Assembly (NCBI GenBank): GCA_017410505.1
Contig: JAFQQR010000044.1
Location: 1,620 to 65,619 of the forward strand
Source: Clostridia bacterium
GTDB lineage: Bacteria > Bacillota > Clostridia > TANB77 > CAG-508
Reading direction: 5' to 3'
DNA: 64,000 nt
Each line of letters opens with the position of its first letter. Positions within the stretch are counted from its first letter, which is position 1. Both the position numbers and the translations under genes were made by a program. This document shows, one piece after another, positions 37,719 to 45,048 of this stretch. Under the pieces are notes generated by a model. The model worked only from the letters and a program-made list of their open reading frames with translations. It was not told where the DNA came from and did not search any database.

Positions 37719-38393
37719 ATGAAATTAGTAACATTTCAAACATTAGAAGCATTAAAAGAGCTTTTGAATACTGGTTATTTAGAATGTAATGAAAAATATA
37801 TAAATATTAATAAAGCAAGTTCAACTTACTCTTGGATTTTAAAGAAAATGAATGAAAGGATACCAAATACTGACAATATAAAATATCCTCTATGGGCTTG
37901 GGTAAAATTTAAAAATGGAATTTGCCCTCCTAAACATAAAGGGGAACCTGTTGATGGCTTTGAAGTCAAAATAACATTTAATAAACCTAACGAAGAAGTA
38001 TTTATTACTGATTTTAGAAGATATTCTTTTTTATTAAATAATATGTATATCCCAAATAATTTGAAAGAAAAAGAAAATTTTGCAAATGAATTAAAAGAGA
38101 ACAATATTACCAAAGAAGAATTAAAAGCTTTTGTGAGACCAGACAAATATAAAACTCACAGAACAGATAAATTGTTTTTGGAAACTTGCAAAAAAATAGA
38201 AAATAGTTTTGATAGATGCATTACATCTGATAGTGATGTTCTACAAGGATGTGTATGGAGAATAAATTTAAGCGAAATTGAGAAAATAGAAATATTAAAT
38301 GATAAAAATTATACTTATGGTTCATTTAATTATATTAGAAGCAATGGAAAAAGATTTAATTGGATAAACGATTTTTATAAAAAGTTAATATGA
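37719..38393 (+). CDS. DUF3841-like protein
   Basis: Start MKLVTFQTLEALKELLNTGYL (ATG at 37719, RBS AGTGGGTGG). The N-terminal pattern is as in DUF3841 proteins. The assignment is from memory. Confidence 0.6.
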   Translation: MKLVTFQTLEALKELLNTGYLECNEKYININKASSTYSWILKKMNERIPNTDNIKYPLWAWVKFKNGICPPKHKGEPVDGFEVKITFNKPNEEVFITDFRRYSFLLNNMYIPNNLKEKENFANELKENNITKEELKAFVRPDKYKTHRTDKLFLETCKKIENSFDRCITSDSDVLQGCVWRINLSEIEKIEILNDKNYTYGSFNYIRSNGKRFNWINDFYKKLI

Positions 38394-38401
38394 ATAAAGC
38401 T

Positions 38402-38444
38402 AAAACGAGAAAATATTGATATTTCAACATTTTCTCGTTTTTTC
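38402..38444. terminator. Bidirectional terminator hairpin, and copy 1 of a repeated terminator element of about 43 bp
   Basis: aaaacgagaaaatattgatatttcaacattttctcgtttttt. A copy about 90% identical, including the loop, lies at 39645-39687. Confidence 0.8.
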
Positions 38445-38457
38445 TTATCTAACTCTT

Positions 38458-38853
38458 CTAATATTTATTTAAAAAATTTTTAACTACTTCTATTATATAA
38501 ACAAGTAAATAATAGTAAATATATGTTAATCCAATTCCTCCAGTAACTCCTGTTATTAATCTTCTAGCATTATTCGATTGTAATATTTTTATAAATTGAA
38601 TAAACCAATCAAAACCCATAATTAATAATAAAAAAATAGATACTACTATATTAAATCTTATTCCTAATAATATTAATATTACTGCTATGATTTCTCCTAG
38701 AATAACACCTGTGCATCTTGCACATACTGGGAATTGATAACCATTAAGAAAGAAACTTCTTTCAGGCATTTGGTGGCAACCTATTCTATGCCCATATTCC
38801 ATAAAACTAATCCATATTTTTTCTTTCTTGTTCATTTTCATTAAGTTCTCCAT
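38458..38853 (-). CDS. DUF2085-like membrane protein
   Basis: 131 aa. GCHQMPERSFF..FPVCARCTGV motif followed by TM segments. Confidence 0.7.
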   Translation of the reverse strand: MENLMKMNKKEKIWISFMEYGHRIGCHQMPERSFFLNGYQFPVCARCTGVILGEIIAVILILLGIRFNIVVSIFLLLIMGFDWFIQFIKILQSNNARRLITGVTGGIGLTYIYYYLLVYIIEVVKNFLNKY

Positions 38854-39050
38854 TTATTTCCACAATTATTGCAAACCCAATATTGGTTATTATGTGTTTG
38901 TTTTCCTTCACCACAAGCTCCACAAAGTATTCCTATTGGTCCCATTAAAATAGCTCCACAACAGCCTTTTCCTGCTGAAAAATCTTTTCCTGTGGTTGTT
39001 ACTTCATTAATAATTTGACTATTATTTTCTCCACATTTTGGACATTTCAT
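38841..39050 (-). CDS. Small zinc-ribbon protein (69 aa)
   Basis: CPKCG ... CNNCG pairs. Overlaps the downstream gene by 13 nt. RBS AAGGAG. Confidence 0.6.
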   Translation of the reverse strand: MKCPKCGENNSQIINEVTTTGKDFSAGKGCCGAILMGPIGILCGACGEGKQTHNNQYWVCNNCGNKWRT

Positions 39051-39143
39051 TTTAAATTTCTCCTTTTTTACATTTGATTTATCCTATCTATATTTTCTTG
39101 TCAAAATCTTATTTGACAATCTTATGTCTTGTCCAAATTATAT

Positions 39144-39172
39144 TTGACAAACGTAAAAAATAAGTTTATAAT
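39144..39172 (+). promoter_or_regulatory. Consensus sigma-A promoter (TTGACA, 17-nt spacer, TATAAT)
   Basis: Read directly as TTGACAaacgtaaaaaataagttTATAAT. It is preceded by two TTGTCAAA-N6-TTTGACAA-like inverted repeats at 39090-39150. Confidence 0.6.
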
Positions 39173-39178
39173 ATAGAT

Positions 39179-39262
39179 AGAAAATGAGTAACACAAAGTG
39201 TGTTGCCGAAGAAATGATTTAAACCATTCACTCCGTCAAAAGCAGAATGGTTTATTTTTTAT
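39179..39262 (+). ncRNA. Candidate small antisense RNA of about 84 nt (type I antitoxin-like), convergent with and overlapping the 3' end of the small toxin-like ORF
   Basis: Runs from the consensus promoter to an intrinsic terminator (aaaccattc..gaatggttt at 39221-39253, then attttttat). Contains the hairpin aacacaaagtgtgtt. Its only ORF is 11 codons long and has no good RBS. Confidence 0.4.
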
Positions 39263-39369
39263 TTGCTCAAAATTACTACTAATGCAATAATCAAGGCAAT
39301 AGCTATGATTGTAACAGTTATTAATCCAAAGAATAATAACTTTATTATTTGTAATAATAATATTTCCAT
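39259..39369 (-). CDS. 36-aa hydrophobic peptide, type I toxin-like (MEILLLQIIKLLFFGLITVTIIAIALIIALVVILSK)
   Basis: Internal start of track ORF 39259-39483. RBS GAGGTGG lies 5 nt before the ATG at 39369. A single TM helix with a polar C-terminus. The 5' UTR sequence GCCACCT can pair with the SD AGGTGG. Promoter TTGAAA-17-TATAGT near 39455-39483 on the minus strand. Confidence 0.45.
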   Translation of the reverse strand: MEILLLQIIKLLFFGLITVTIIAIALIIALVVILSK

Positions 39370-39644
39370 AGCACCACCTCGCTTTCTCACAGATGAACTG
39401 TGTAATATGTAAGGTGGCAACACACTCTGCTTATTCTCATTTCCTATGGTAGATACTATATAACATTTACATATAATTTTCAAGCGAACAAAACAAATTT
39501 TCTTAAAAATATTTTAATACATTTTTAACATTATATTTTTTTATTTTAACACAATTTTAACACAAAAGGTTTTAATTTTTGATTTTTAAACCTCTAAAAG
39601 CCTTAAAAATACTGAATTTTTATTTTTAGATTTTAAACGTACAA

Positions 39645-39687
39645 AAAACGAGAAAGCATTGATATTTCAACGTTTTCTCGTTTTTTA
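39645..39687 (-). terminator. Terminator of the tRNA operon, and copy 2 of the repeated terminator element
   Basis: aaaacgagaaagcattgatatttcaacgttttctcgtttttt. The T-tract is present in both senses. Confidence 0.75.
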
Positions 39688-39689
39688 TC

Positions 39690-39763
39690 TGGAGGCGACA
39701 CCCGGATTCGAACCGGGGATCAGAGTTTTGCAGACTCGTGCCTTACCACTTGGCTATATCGCC
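39690..39763 (-). tRNA. tRNA-Cys (anticodon GCA), CCA encoded
   Basis: GGCGATATAGCCAAGTGGTAAGGCACGAGTCTGCAAAACTCTGATCCCCGGTTCGAATCCGGGTGTCGCCTCCA. It folds by hand into a cloverleaf with a 7-bp acceptor stem, T-arm CCCGG/TTCGAAT/CCGGG and anticodon loop CTGCAAA. Confidence 0.9.
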
Positions 39764-39769
39764 GTTTTA

Positions 39770-39846
39770 ATTTCAGACAATGTTACCAGATACTGACGCT
39801 GTAACTCACTTTGTTCGAACAGCCTCAGCAACTTGGCTATATCGCC
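39770..39846 (-). other. Degenerate tRNA-Cys-derived segment. It has the exact 5' 16 nt of tRNA-Cys (GGCGATATAGCCAAGT) followed by sequence that does not form a cloverleaf.
   Basis: A 21-nt direct repeat (minus sense aaaacggcgatatagccaagt; plus strand 39748-39768 and 39831-39851). I could not fold a T-arm or an acceptor 3' strand. Confidence 0.5.
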
Positions 39847-39853
39847 GTTTTGT

Positions 39854-39929
39854 TGGAGCGGGAAACGGGGCTCAAACCCGCGACCTCTGCCTTGGCAAGG
39901 CAGCGCTCTATCAACTGAGCTATTCCCGC
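39854..39929 (-). tRNA. tRNA-Gly (anticodon GCC), CCA encoded, with an unusual elbow (A19 and U56 in place of G19:C56)
   Basis: GCGGGAATAGCTCAGTTGATAGAGCGCTGCCTTGCCAAGGCAGAGGTCGCGGGTTTGAGCCCCGTTTCCCGCTCCA. Perfect acceptor stem, anticodon loop TTGCCAA, D-loop AGTTGATA, T-loop TTTGAGC. Confidence 0.9.
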
Positions 39930-40000
39930 ATCTCTTAATTAATTATATTCAAAAGCAATTAATATGATACCAAAAATTATAAATATTGTCAATAGTTTTT

Positions 40001-40036
40001 AAGAGGGATTTTGAGACCCGTCCCCTTAATCCCTCT
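40001..40036. repeat. RE-1 family hairpin directly after the topA stop codon
   Basis: aagagggattttgagacccgtccccttaatccctctt followed by ttttt. Confidence 0.75.
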
Positions 40037-40043
40037 TTTTTAT

Positions 40044-42104
40044 TTATTTCTTAGCTTTTGCTTTCTTTTTAGTAGTTCTCTTTTCTGTTTCTTTTTTTAC
40101 TTCTTCCGCTTCTTCAGGATTCCATTTTTCTCCTGGTTTTGGTTTATTCCAAGAAATATAATCGCAAGAATTTGGATTATTTTCACATATATAATAATTT
40201 CTTCTTCTCTTTGTTTTTCTTACTTGTACTGTTGCTCCACATTTTGGGCATGGAACATCTATTGTTTCAATTATCGGTTTGGCGTTTTTACATTCTGGAT
40301 ATCCTGGGCATGCTAAAAATTTTCCATATCTCCCATATTTATAAACCATCATTCTTCCGCATTTTTCACATTGTACGTCAGATACTTCATCAACTAATTC
40401 AACATGTTCTAGTTCTTTTTCAACTTTTTCAAGTTCTTTTGCAAATGGTCCATAGAATTCTCTAATCATCTTTTTCCATTCTTCTTTTCCTTCTGCGATT
40501 TCATCAAATTCGTTTTCTATTTTTGCTGTAAATTCTATGTTTATTACATCTGTAAAGTTTTCTGTAAGTAGTTTATTTACTATTTTTCCTAGCTCTGTTG
40601 GTATTAATCTTTTTTGTTCTTTTTCTATGTATCTTCTCTCTAAAATCGTGGTAATTGTTGGTGAATATGTACTTGGTCTTCCTATTCCTTTTTCTTCTAG
40701 AGCTTTTACTAAACTTGCTTCTGTATATCTTGCTGGTGGTTCTGTAAAGCTTTGTTTTGGATCTATTTTTATTAGTTTTACTTCTTGATTTTCTTGTAGT
40801 TCTGGTAACATTTTTTCTTCTTGTTCTTCTTTTTCGTCTGTTCCTTCTACATATAAAATCATAAATCCTTTGAATTTTAGGTTTTGTCCATTTGCTTTAA
40901 AGTCATAATCATTTGCTTTGATATTAACTGCCATTGTGTCATAAATTGCTGGTTTCATTTGGCTCGCCATAAATCTGTTATATATCAATTTATATAATCT
41001 ATATTGGTCTCTTGTTAATTCATTTTTTACATCATCTGGTTCTATGTCTGAATATGTTGGTCTTATACCTTCGTGTGCGTCTTGTGCGTCTTTGTTTGTT
41101 TTGTAATATCTATTTTCGTAATATTCATCTCCATATGTTGAAACTATGTGATTTTTAGCTGCAGCTCTAGCTTCTTCTGATATTCTTGTTGAGTCTGTTC
41201 TCATATACGTTATTAAACCAACTGTTCCTTTGTCTGCTATTTTTACACCTTCATATAAACTTTGTGCGACAGACATTGTTTTCTTTAATGTGAATCCTAA
41301 TTTTCTTGACGCTTCTTGTTGCATTGTACTTGTTGTAAAAGGTGGTTCTGGGTTTCTTTTCTTTTCACCTTTTTTTATTTCTGATACTATATATTTTGCT
41401 TTGTCAATATTTTTTAATATTTCATCTACTTGCTCTTTTGAACCTATTTCTTGTTTTTTACCGTCTTTTCCATAAAATTTAGCTTCAAATTCTTTTTTAG
41501 ATTTTTCATCTTTTAAATTAGCATATATATTCCAATATTCTTGTGGAATAAAGCTTTCGATTTCATTTTCTCTATCTACTATTAATTTAACTGCTACTGA
41601 TTGAACTCTACCTGCTGATAATCCTCTTTTTACTTTTTTCCATAATAATGGACTTATTTTGTACCCAACTATTCTATCTAGAACTCTTCTAGCTTGCTGC
41701 GCATCTACAGTATCTTTATCAATATTTCTTGGCTCTTTTATTGCCTTTTGGACTGCTGATTTTGTTATTTCATTAAAAGTGACTCTTGTAATTTTATCTT
41801 TATCTTCTTCTAATATTTTTGATAGGTGCCATGCTATTGCTTCACCCTCACGGTCAGGGTCAGTTGCTAAATATATTTTTTTTGCTTTTTTAGCATCTAA
41901 TTTTAGTGATTTTATTAGATTTCCCTTTCCTCTAATATTTATATATTCAGGTTCAAAATCATGTTCAATGTCTACTCCTAATTTTGATTTTGGTAAATCT
42001 CTTATATGTCCCATTGAGGCTACAACTTTTGTGCTTCCTCCTAAAAATTTTTTTATTGTATTTGCTTTTGCTGGTGATTCTACAATTATTAATTTATCAG
42101 CCAT
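40044..42104 (-). CDS. topA: DNA topoisomerase I (type IA) with C-terminal zinc ribbons and a Lys-rich tail
   Basis: 686 aa. Toprim LIIVESPAKA, active-site region GLITYMRTDSTRIS, and CEKCGRMM / CPKCG zinc ribbons. Confidence 0.97.
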   Translation of the reverse strand: MADKLIIVESPAKANTIKKFLGGSTKVVASMGHIRDLPKSKLGVDIEHDFEPEYINIRGKGNLIKSLKLDAKKAKKIYLATDPDREGEAIAWHLSKILEEDKDKITRVTFNEITKSAVQKAIKEPRNIDKDTVDAQQARRVLDRIVGYKISPLLWKKVKRGLSAGRVQSVAVKLIVDRENEIESFIPQEYWNIYANLKDEKSKKEFEAKFYGKDGKKQEIGSKEQVDEILKNIDKAKYIVSEIKKGEKKRNPEPPFTTSTMQQEASRKLGFTLKKTMSVAQSLYEGVKIADKGTVGLITYMRTDSTRISEEARAAAKNHIVSTYGDEYYENRYYKTNKDAQDAHEGIRPTYSDIEPDDVKNELTRDQYRLYKLIYNRFMASQMKPAIYDTMAVNIKANDYDFKANGQNLKFKGFMILYVEGTDEKEEQEEKMLPELQENQEVKLIKIDPKQSFTEPPARYTEASLVKALEEKGIGRPSTYSPTITTILERRYIEKEQKRLIPTELGKIVNKLLTENFTDVINIEFTAKIENEFDEIAEGKEEWKKMIREFYGPFAKELEKVEKELEHVELVDEVSDVQCEKCGRMMVYKYGRYGKFLACPGYPECKNAKPIIETIDVPCPKCGATVQVRKTKRRRNYYICENNPNSCDYISWNKPKPGEKWNPEEAEEVKKETEKRTTKKKAKAKK

Positions 42105-42190
42105 AAATCCTCCTTAGATTTTTTTCATACTTAAGTATTCTAGAACAAATCTAGATATTTTTCAAGGTTTTTTACAATATTTTATAACAT

Positions 42191-42219
42191 AAAAAAGAGA
42201 ATTGCAATTCTCTTTTTTT
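42191..42219. terminator. Palindromic bidirectional terminator
   Basis: aaaaaagagaattgcaattctcttttttt. Confidence 0.7.
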
Positions 42220-42457
42220 AAGTTTCAGTTTTTTGCAAAAGCTGCATTATGTCTCAGCATAAATGCTTATATATTAAAATGCAGTGACGCGCAGTTTGAA
42301 AGGACACAAACTCATATAGATCATCTAGATTAACTATTCAAACTCTGAAATACAAATATCTTACTCATATGATTAGTCCGACCAGTAAGGAACGGATTTT
42401 TAATATATATGTATTTATGCTTAGACATAATGCAGCTTTTGCAAAAAACTGAAACTT
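42220..42457. repeat. Long nested palindrome E2 with outer arms of about 60 bp around a conserved core of about 117 nt that is shared with E3
   Basis: Arms aagtttcagttttttgcaaaagctgcattatgtctcagcataaatgcttatatattaaaa and its near-perfect reverse complement at 42397-42457. The core begins tgcagtgacgcgcagtttgaaaggacac and ends gattagtccgaccagtaaggaacggat. Confidence 0.9.
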
Positions 42458-42469
42458 AAATCTTTTTTA

Positions 42470-42787
42470 TTAAAATTTATTTCTAAATAAATCTGAAATA
42501 ACTTCCTCAGAATTTATTAGAGTTACTTGATTATCTTTAAATATGTTTAAAATCCTATTTATCTCAAATTCTTCATTTGTTATATATCTTATATTCTTTG
42601 TTTCTACTTTTAAATTATTTGGTATATATTCTGTTTTTATTATACTAATTCCATATTTTGCTTTATTATTTGAAATTATTTCATCTTCATTTATTTGCTT
42701 ATAATACTCCAATTTTATCGGATAATCTATTCCCGCTTCTTCTAATTTTTCTTTTTCTATAAAAGCCCCTCCAAAAAAAGTCTTCAA
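42470..42787 (-). CDS. Hypothetical protein (105 aa)
   Basis: ORF-track ORF with a TTG start behind AAAGGGGGA. No family recognised. Confidence 0.5.
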   Translation of the reverse strand: MKTFFGGAFIEKEKLEEAGIDYPIKLEYYKQINEDEIISNNKAKYGISIIKTEYIPNNLKVETKNIRYITNEEFEINRILNIFKDNQVTLINSEEVISDLFRNKF

Positions 42788-42943
42788 AAAAAATCCCCCT
42801 TTTCTTTAGTATTTTTTATCAAATTTTTTCTATTTTACTATTAATATCAAGGGTTTGCAAGAATTTTTCATCGCAATTTTTGACATATTAAATTACTATA
42901 TTATTATATTTTATTTAATTAGACAGCTTTCATTTTTATTCGA

Positions 42944-43843
42944 CTAATTGTTGTAATATTTTTTTATATATTTTGCAATTTCATTTGCTAATATTTCTTC
43001 TTTTCCAGAATAACTATGATTAGCTTCATCTATATATCCTATATCCAAATCTTCATTTTTTATTTTACTTTGTAAAAACTCACACAATTCATCTGCCTTT
43101 TGTACTATTAATTCTTTATTATTTCCCCATCTCATAAATAAAGGAACTTTTATATTATTCAATTCTTCAAAATCATATAAATTATCTGAAAATCTAGCAA
43201 AATTAATATCATTATTTTCTATTGTATATCTTAAAAATGTTTTTACACTTATAGGATGTATAAAGCTTTTTTCAGGCATTAATTGATTTCCCATACCTTC
43301 TTTTTTTATATTTTTTGCATATGTTACTATAGCTGGAAAATCATCTTGTAAGTAAATTGTTAATGCTGTTGGTATATCTACTAAAGATAATAAAATTATT
43401 CCTTTTATTTTACTAACTATATCTGTATTTTCTTTTAAAAATTTATTATATGCATATACTATTTTCGTTGAACCCAAACTATGTCCCATCAAGTATATTT
43501 CATCATAGCCATTTTTTATTGAATAATTTATTGCACCTAATATATCATTATAACATTCTGATATTTCTTCATATGAAGTTCCGGCTAATTCTTCTTTTTC
43601 TTTGTTTTCTTTTTTTATATAATTTATTAAATCATGACCTCTATTATTAAACACCAAAATGTCCATATTTAATTCATTTATTTTTTCAGCAATCTTTTCA
43701 TCTCTCTTCTTTATGCAATTTGTAGCCATCCCATGTACTGATATTAATATTTTTCGTGTCTCATTCTTAGATTTATATATAAATCCTTTTAAATCCACTC
43801 CATCTGTAGCATTAAAAAATATTGTTTGTATATTCATATACAT
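42944..43843 (-). CDS. Alpha/beta-fold hydrolase
   Basis: 299 aa. Nucleophile elbow GHSLGS. The likely start is the ATG at 43837 (RBS AAGGAG 8 nt upstream). Confidence 0.8.
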   Translation of the reverse strand: MYMNIQTIFFNATDGVDLKGFIYKSKNETRKILISVHGMATNCIKKRDEKIAEKINELNMDILVFNNRGHDLINYIKKENKEKEELAGTSYEEISECYNDILGAINYSIKNGYDEIYLMGHSLGSTKIVYAYNKFLKENTDIVSKIKGIILLSLVDIPTALTIYLQDDFPAIVTYAKNIKKEGMGNQLMPEKSFIHPISVKTFLRYTIENNDINFARFSDNLYDFEELNNIKVPLFMRWGNNKELIVQKADELCEFLQSKIKNEDLDIGYIDEANHSYSGKEEILANEIAKYIKKYYNN

Positions 43844-43907
43844 TTCTCCTTTTAATTTATTTTATTGAACAATTATAACATATGTTTTTATAATCTTCTA
43901 TATTTTT

Positions 43908-43989
43908 GGCAAAGTTTTGTCCTTCCAAACTGCGCGTCACTGCATTTTAATATATATGTATTTATCCTGAACAGGACAGAACTTTTGCC
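43908..43989. repeat. Truncated, inverted mini-copy of the E2/E3 element inside its own short hairpin
   Basis: 43921-43961 (ccttccaaactgcgcgtcactgcattttaatatatatgtat) is the reverse complement of E3 44834-44873. The flanking arms are ggcaaagttttgtcc / ggacagaacttttgcc. Confidence 0.8.
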
Positions 43990-44067
43990 GAAAAGCATGG
44001 TTTAAATTTTGAATAATTATTAAATTATTGTCTATAATGTATAAAATATTTATAAAAAGGTGATTAT

Positions 44068-44775
44068 ATGGATTTATTAAAAGTCGTATGGCTTTCATTT
44101 GGCTCTTTATTTGCTTTATTTATACTAACAAAATTAATGGGAAATAAAGAGATGTCACAACTTAGTATGTTTGACTACATTATTGGAATTACAATTGGAT
44201 CTATAGCTGCCGAAATGGCTACAGCACTAGAAAGTGATTTTATGCAACCATTACTTGCAATGGTTATTTATGCTTTAACATCAATACTCATATCATTTGT
44301 ATCCTACAAATCTTTAAAAATAAATAGATTTCTTTCTGGACCTTCGCTAATTTTACTAGATAATGGCGAAATTTACAGAAAAAATTTAAAAAAGGCAAAA
44401 TTAGATCTTAGTGAATTTTTAGTTCAATGCAGAACTAACGGATATTTTAATCTAAGCGATATTCAAACCGCCATTCTAGAACCAAATGGTAAGATCAGCT
44501 TTCTACCCAAAGCCGAAAAAAGACCAGCTACTCCTTCTGATCTAAACATTTCACCTCCTGTTGATATGATAGTTGTCAATATCATTTTAGACGGTCAACT
44601 TCTAAAAGAAAATTTATATCATACAGGCAATGATGAACTATGGCTTCAAAAGCAACTTACATCTCAAGGAATTGAAAATATTGATGATATTTATTTAGCA
44701 ACATGTGATTGTAATAATAATCTATCTGTTTATATGAAAAAAGATTTAGAAAACAAGCATGATTTTTTTGATTAA
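44068..44775 (+). CDS. DUF421 (YetF/YrbG-like) membrane protein
   Basis: 235 aa. LTKLMGNKEMSQLSMFDYIIGITIGSIAA is the family-typical N-terminus. Confidence 0.85.
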   Translation: MDLLKVVWLSFGSLFALFILTKLMGNKEMSQLSMFDYIIGITIGSIAAEMATALESDFMQPLLAMVIYALTSILISFVSYKSLKINRFLSGPSLILLDNGEIYRKNLKKAKLDLSEFLVQCRTNGYFNLSDIQTAILEPNGKISFLPKAEKRPATPSDLNISPPVDMIVVNIILDGQLLKENLYHTGNDELWLQKQLTSQGIENIDDIYLATCDCNNNLSVYMKKDLENKHDFFD

Positions 44776-44795
44776 TCTCACATTTCAATATTTAA

Positions 44796-45021
44796 GTTTG
44801 TTTGAAAAAGTCGTGTTATAGTTCAGGGCTCAATACATATATATTAAAATGCAGTGACGCGCAGTTTGGAAGGACACAAAAACATACAGACCATCCAGAC
44901 TAACTCTTCAAACTCTGAAATATCCAAAAGTCACTCATATGATTAGTCCGACCAGTAAGGAATGGATTTTTAATATATATGTATTGAGCCCTGAACTATA
45001 ACACGACTTTTTCAAACAAAC
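44796..45021. repeat. Long nested palindrome E3 with perfect 54-bp outer arms unrelated to those of E2, and the same core and inner inverted repeat (atacatatatattaaaa)
   Basis: Arms gtttgtttgaaaaagtcgtgttatagttcagggctcaatacatatatattaaaa and its perfect reverse complement at 44967-45021. The core is about 85-90% identical to E2. Confidence 0.9.
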
Positions 45022-45048
45022 GACAACAAATTTTTATGCAGAATACCT

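Noticed and set aside
39259-39483. 74-aa ORF as listed in the track (MKIICKCYIVSTIG...)
   Set aside because: There is no RBS at its start. The internal ATG at 39369 has a GAGGTGG SD and yields a typical 36-aa single-TM peptide. The upstream part is better explained as promoter plus 5' UTR.
39770-39846. Possibility that the tRNA-Cys-like segment is a functional, perhaps frameshift-suppressing, tRNA
   Set aside because: By hand I cannot form an acceptor stem, a T-arm or a 7- or 8-nt anticodon loop. It is kept as a remnant pending a proper covariance-model search.
42220-42457. Retron msr/msd interpretation of E2/E3 (long inverted repeats flanking a structured core)
   Set aside because: No reverse transcriptase gene is adjacent or anywhere in the window, and the arms are far longer than retron a1/a2 repeats.
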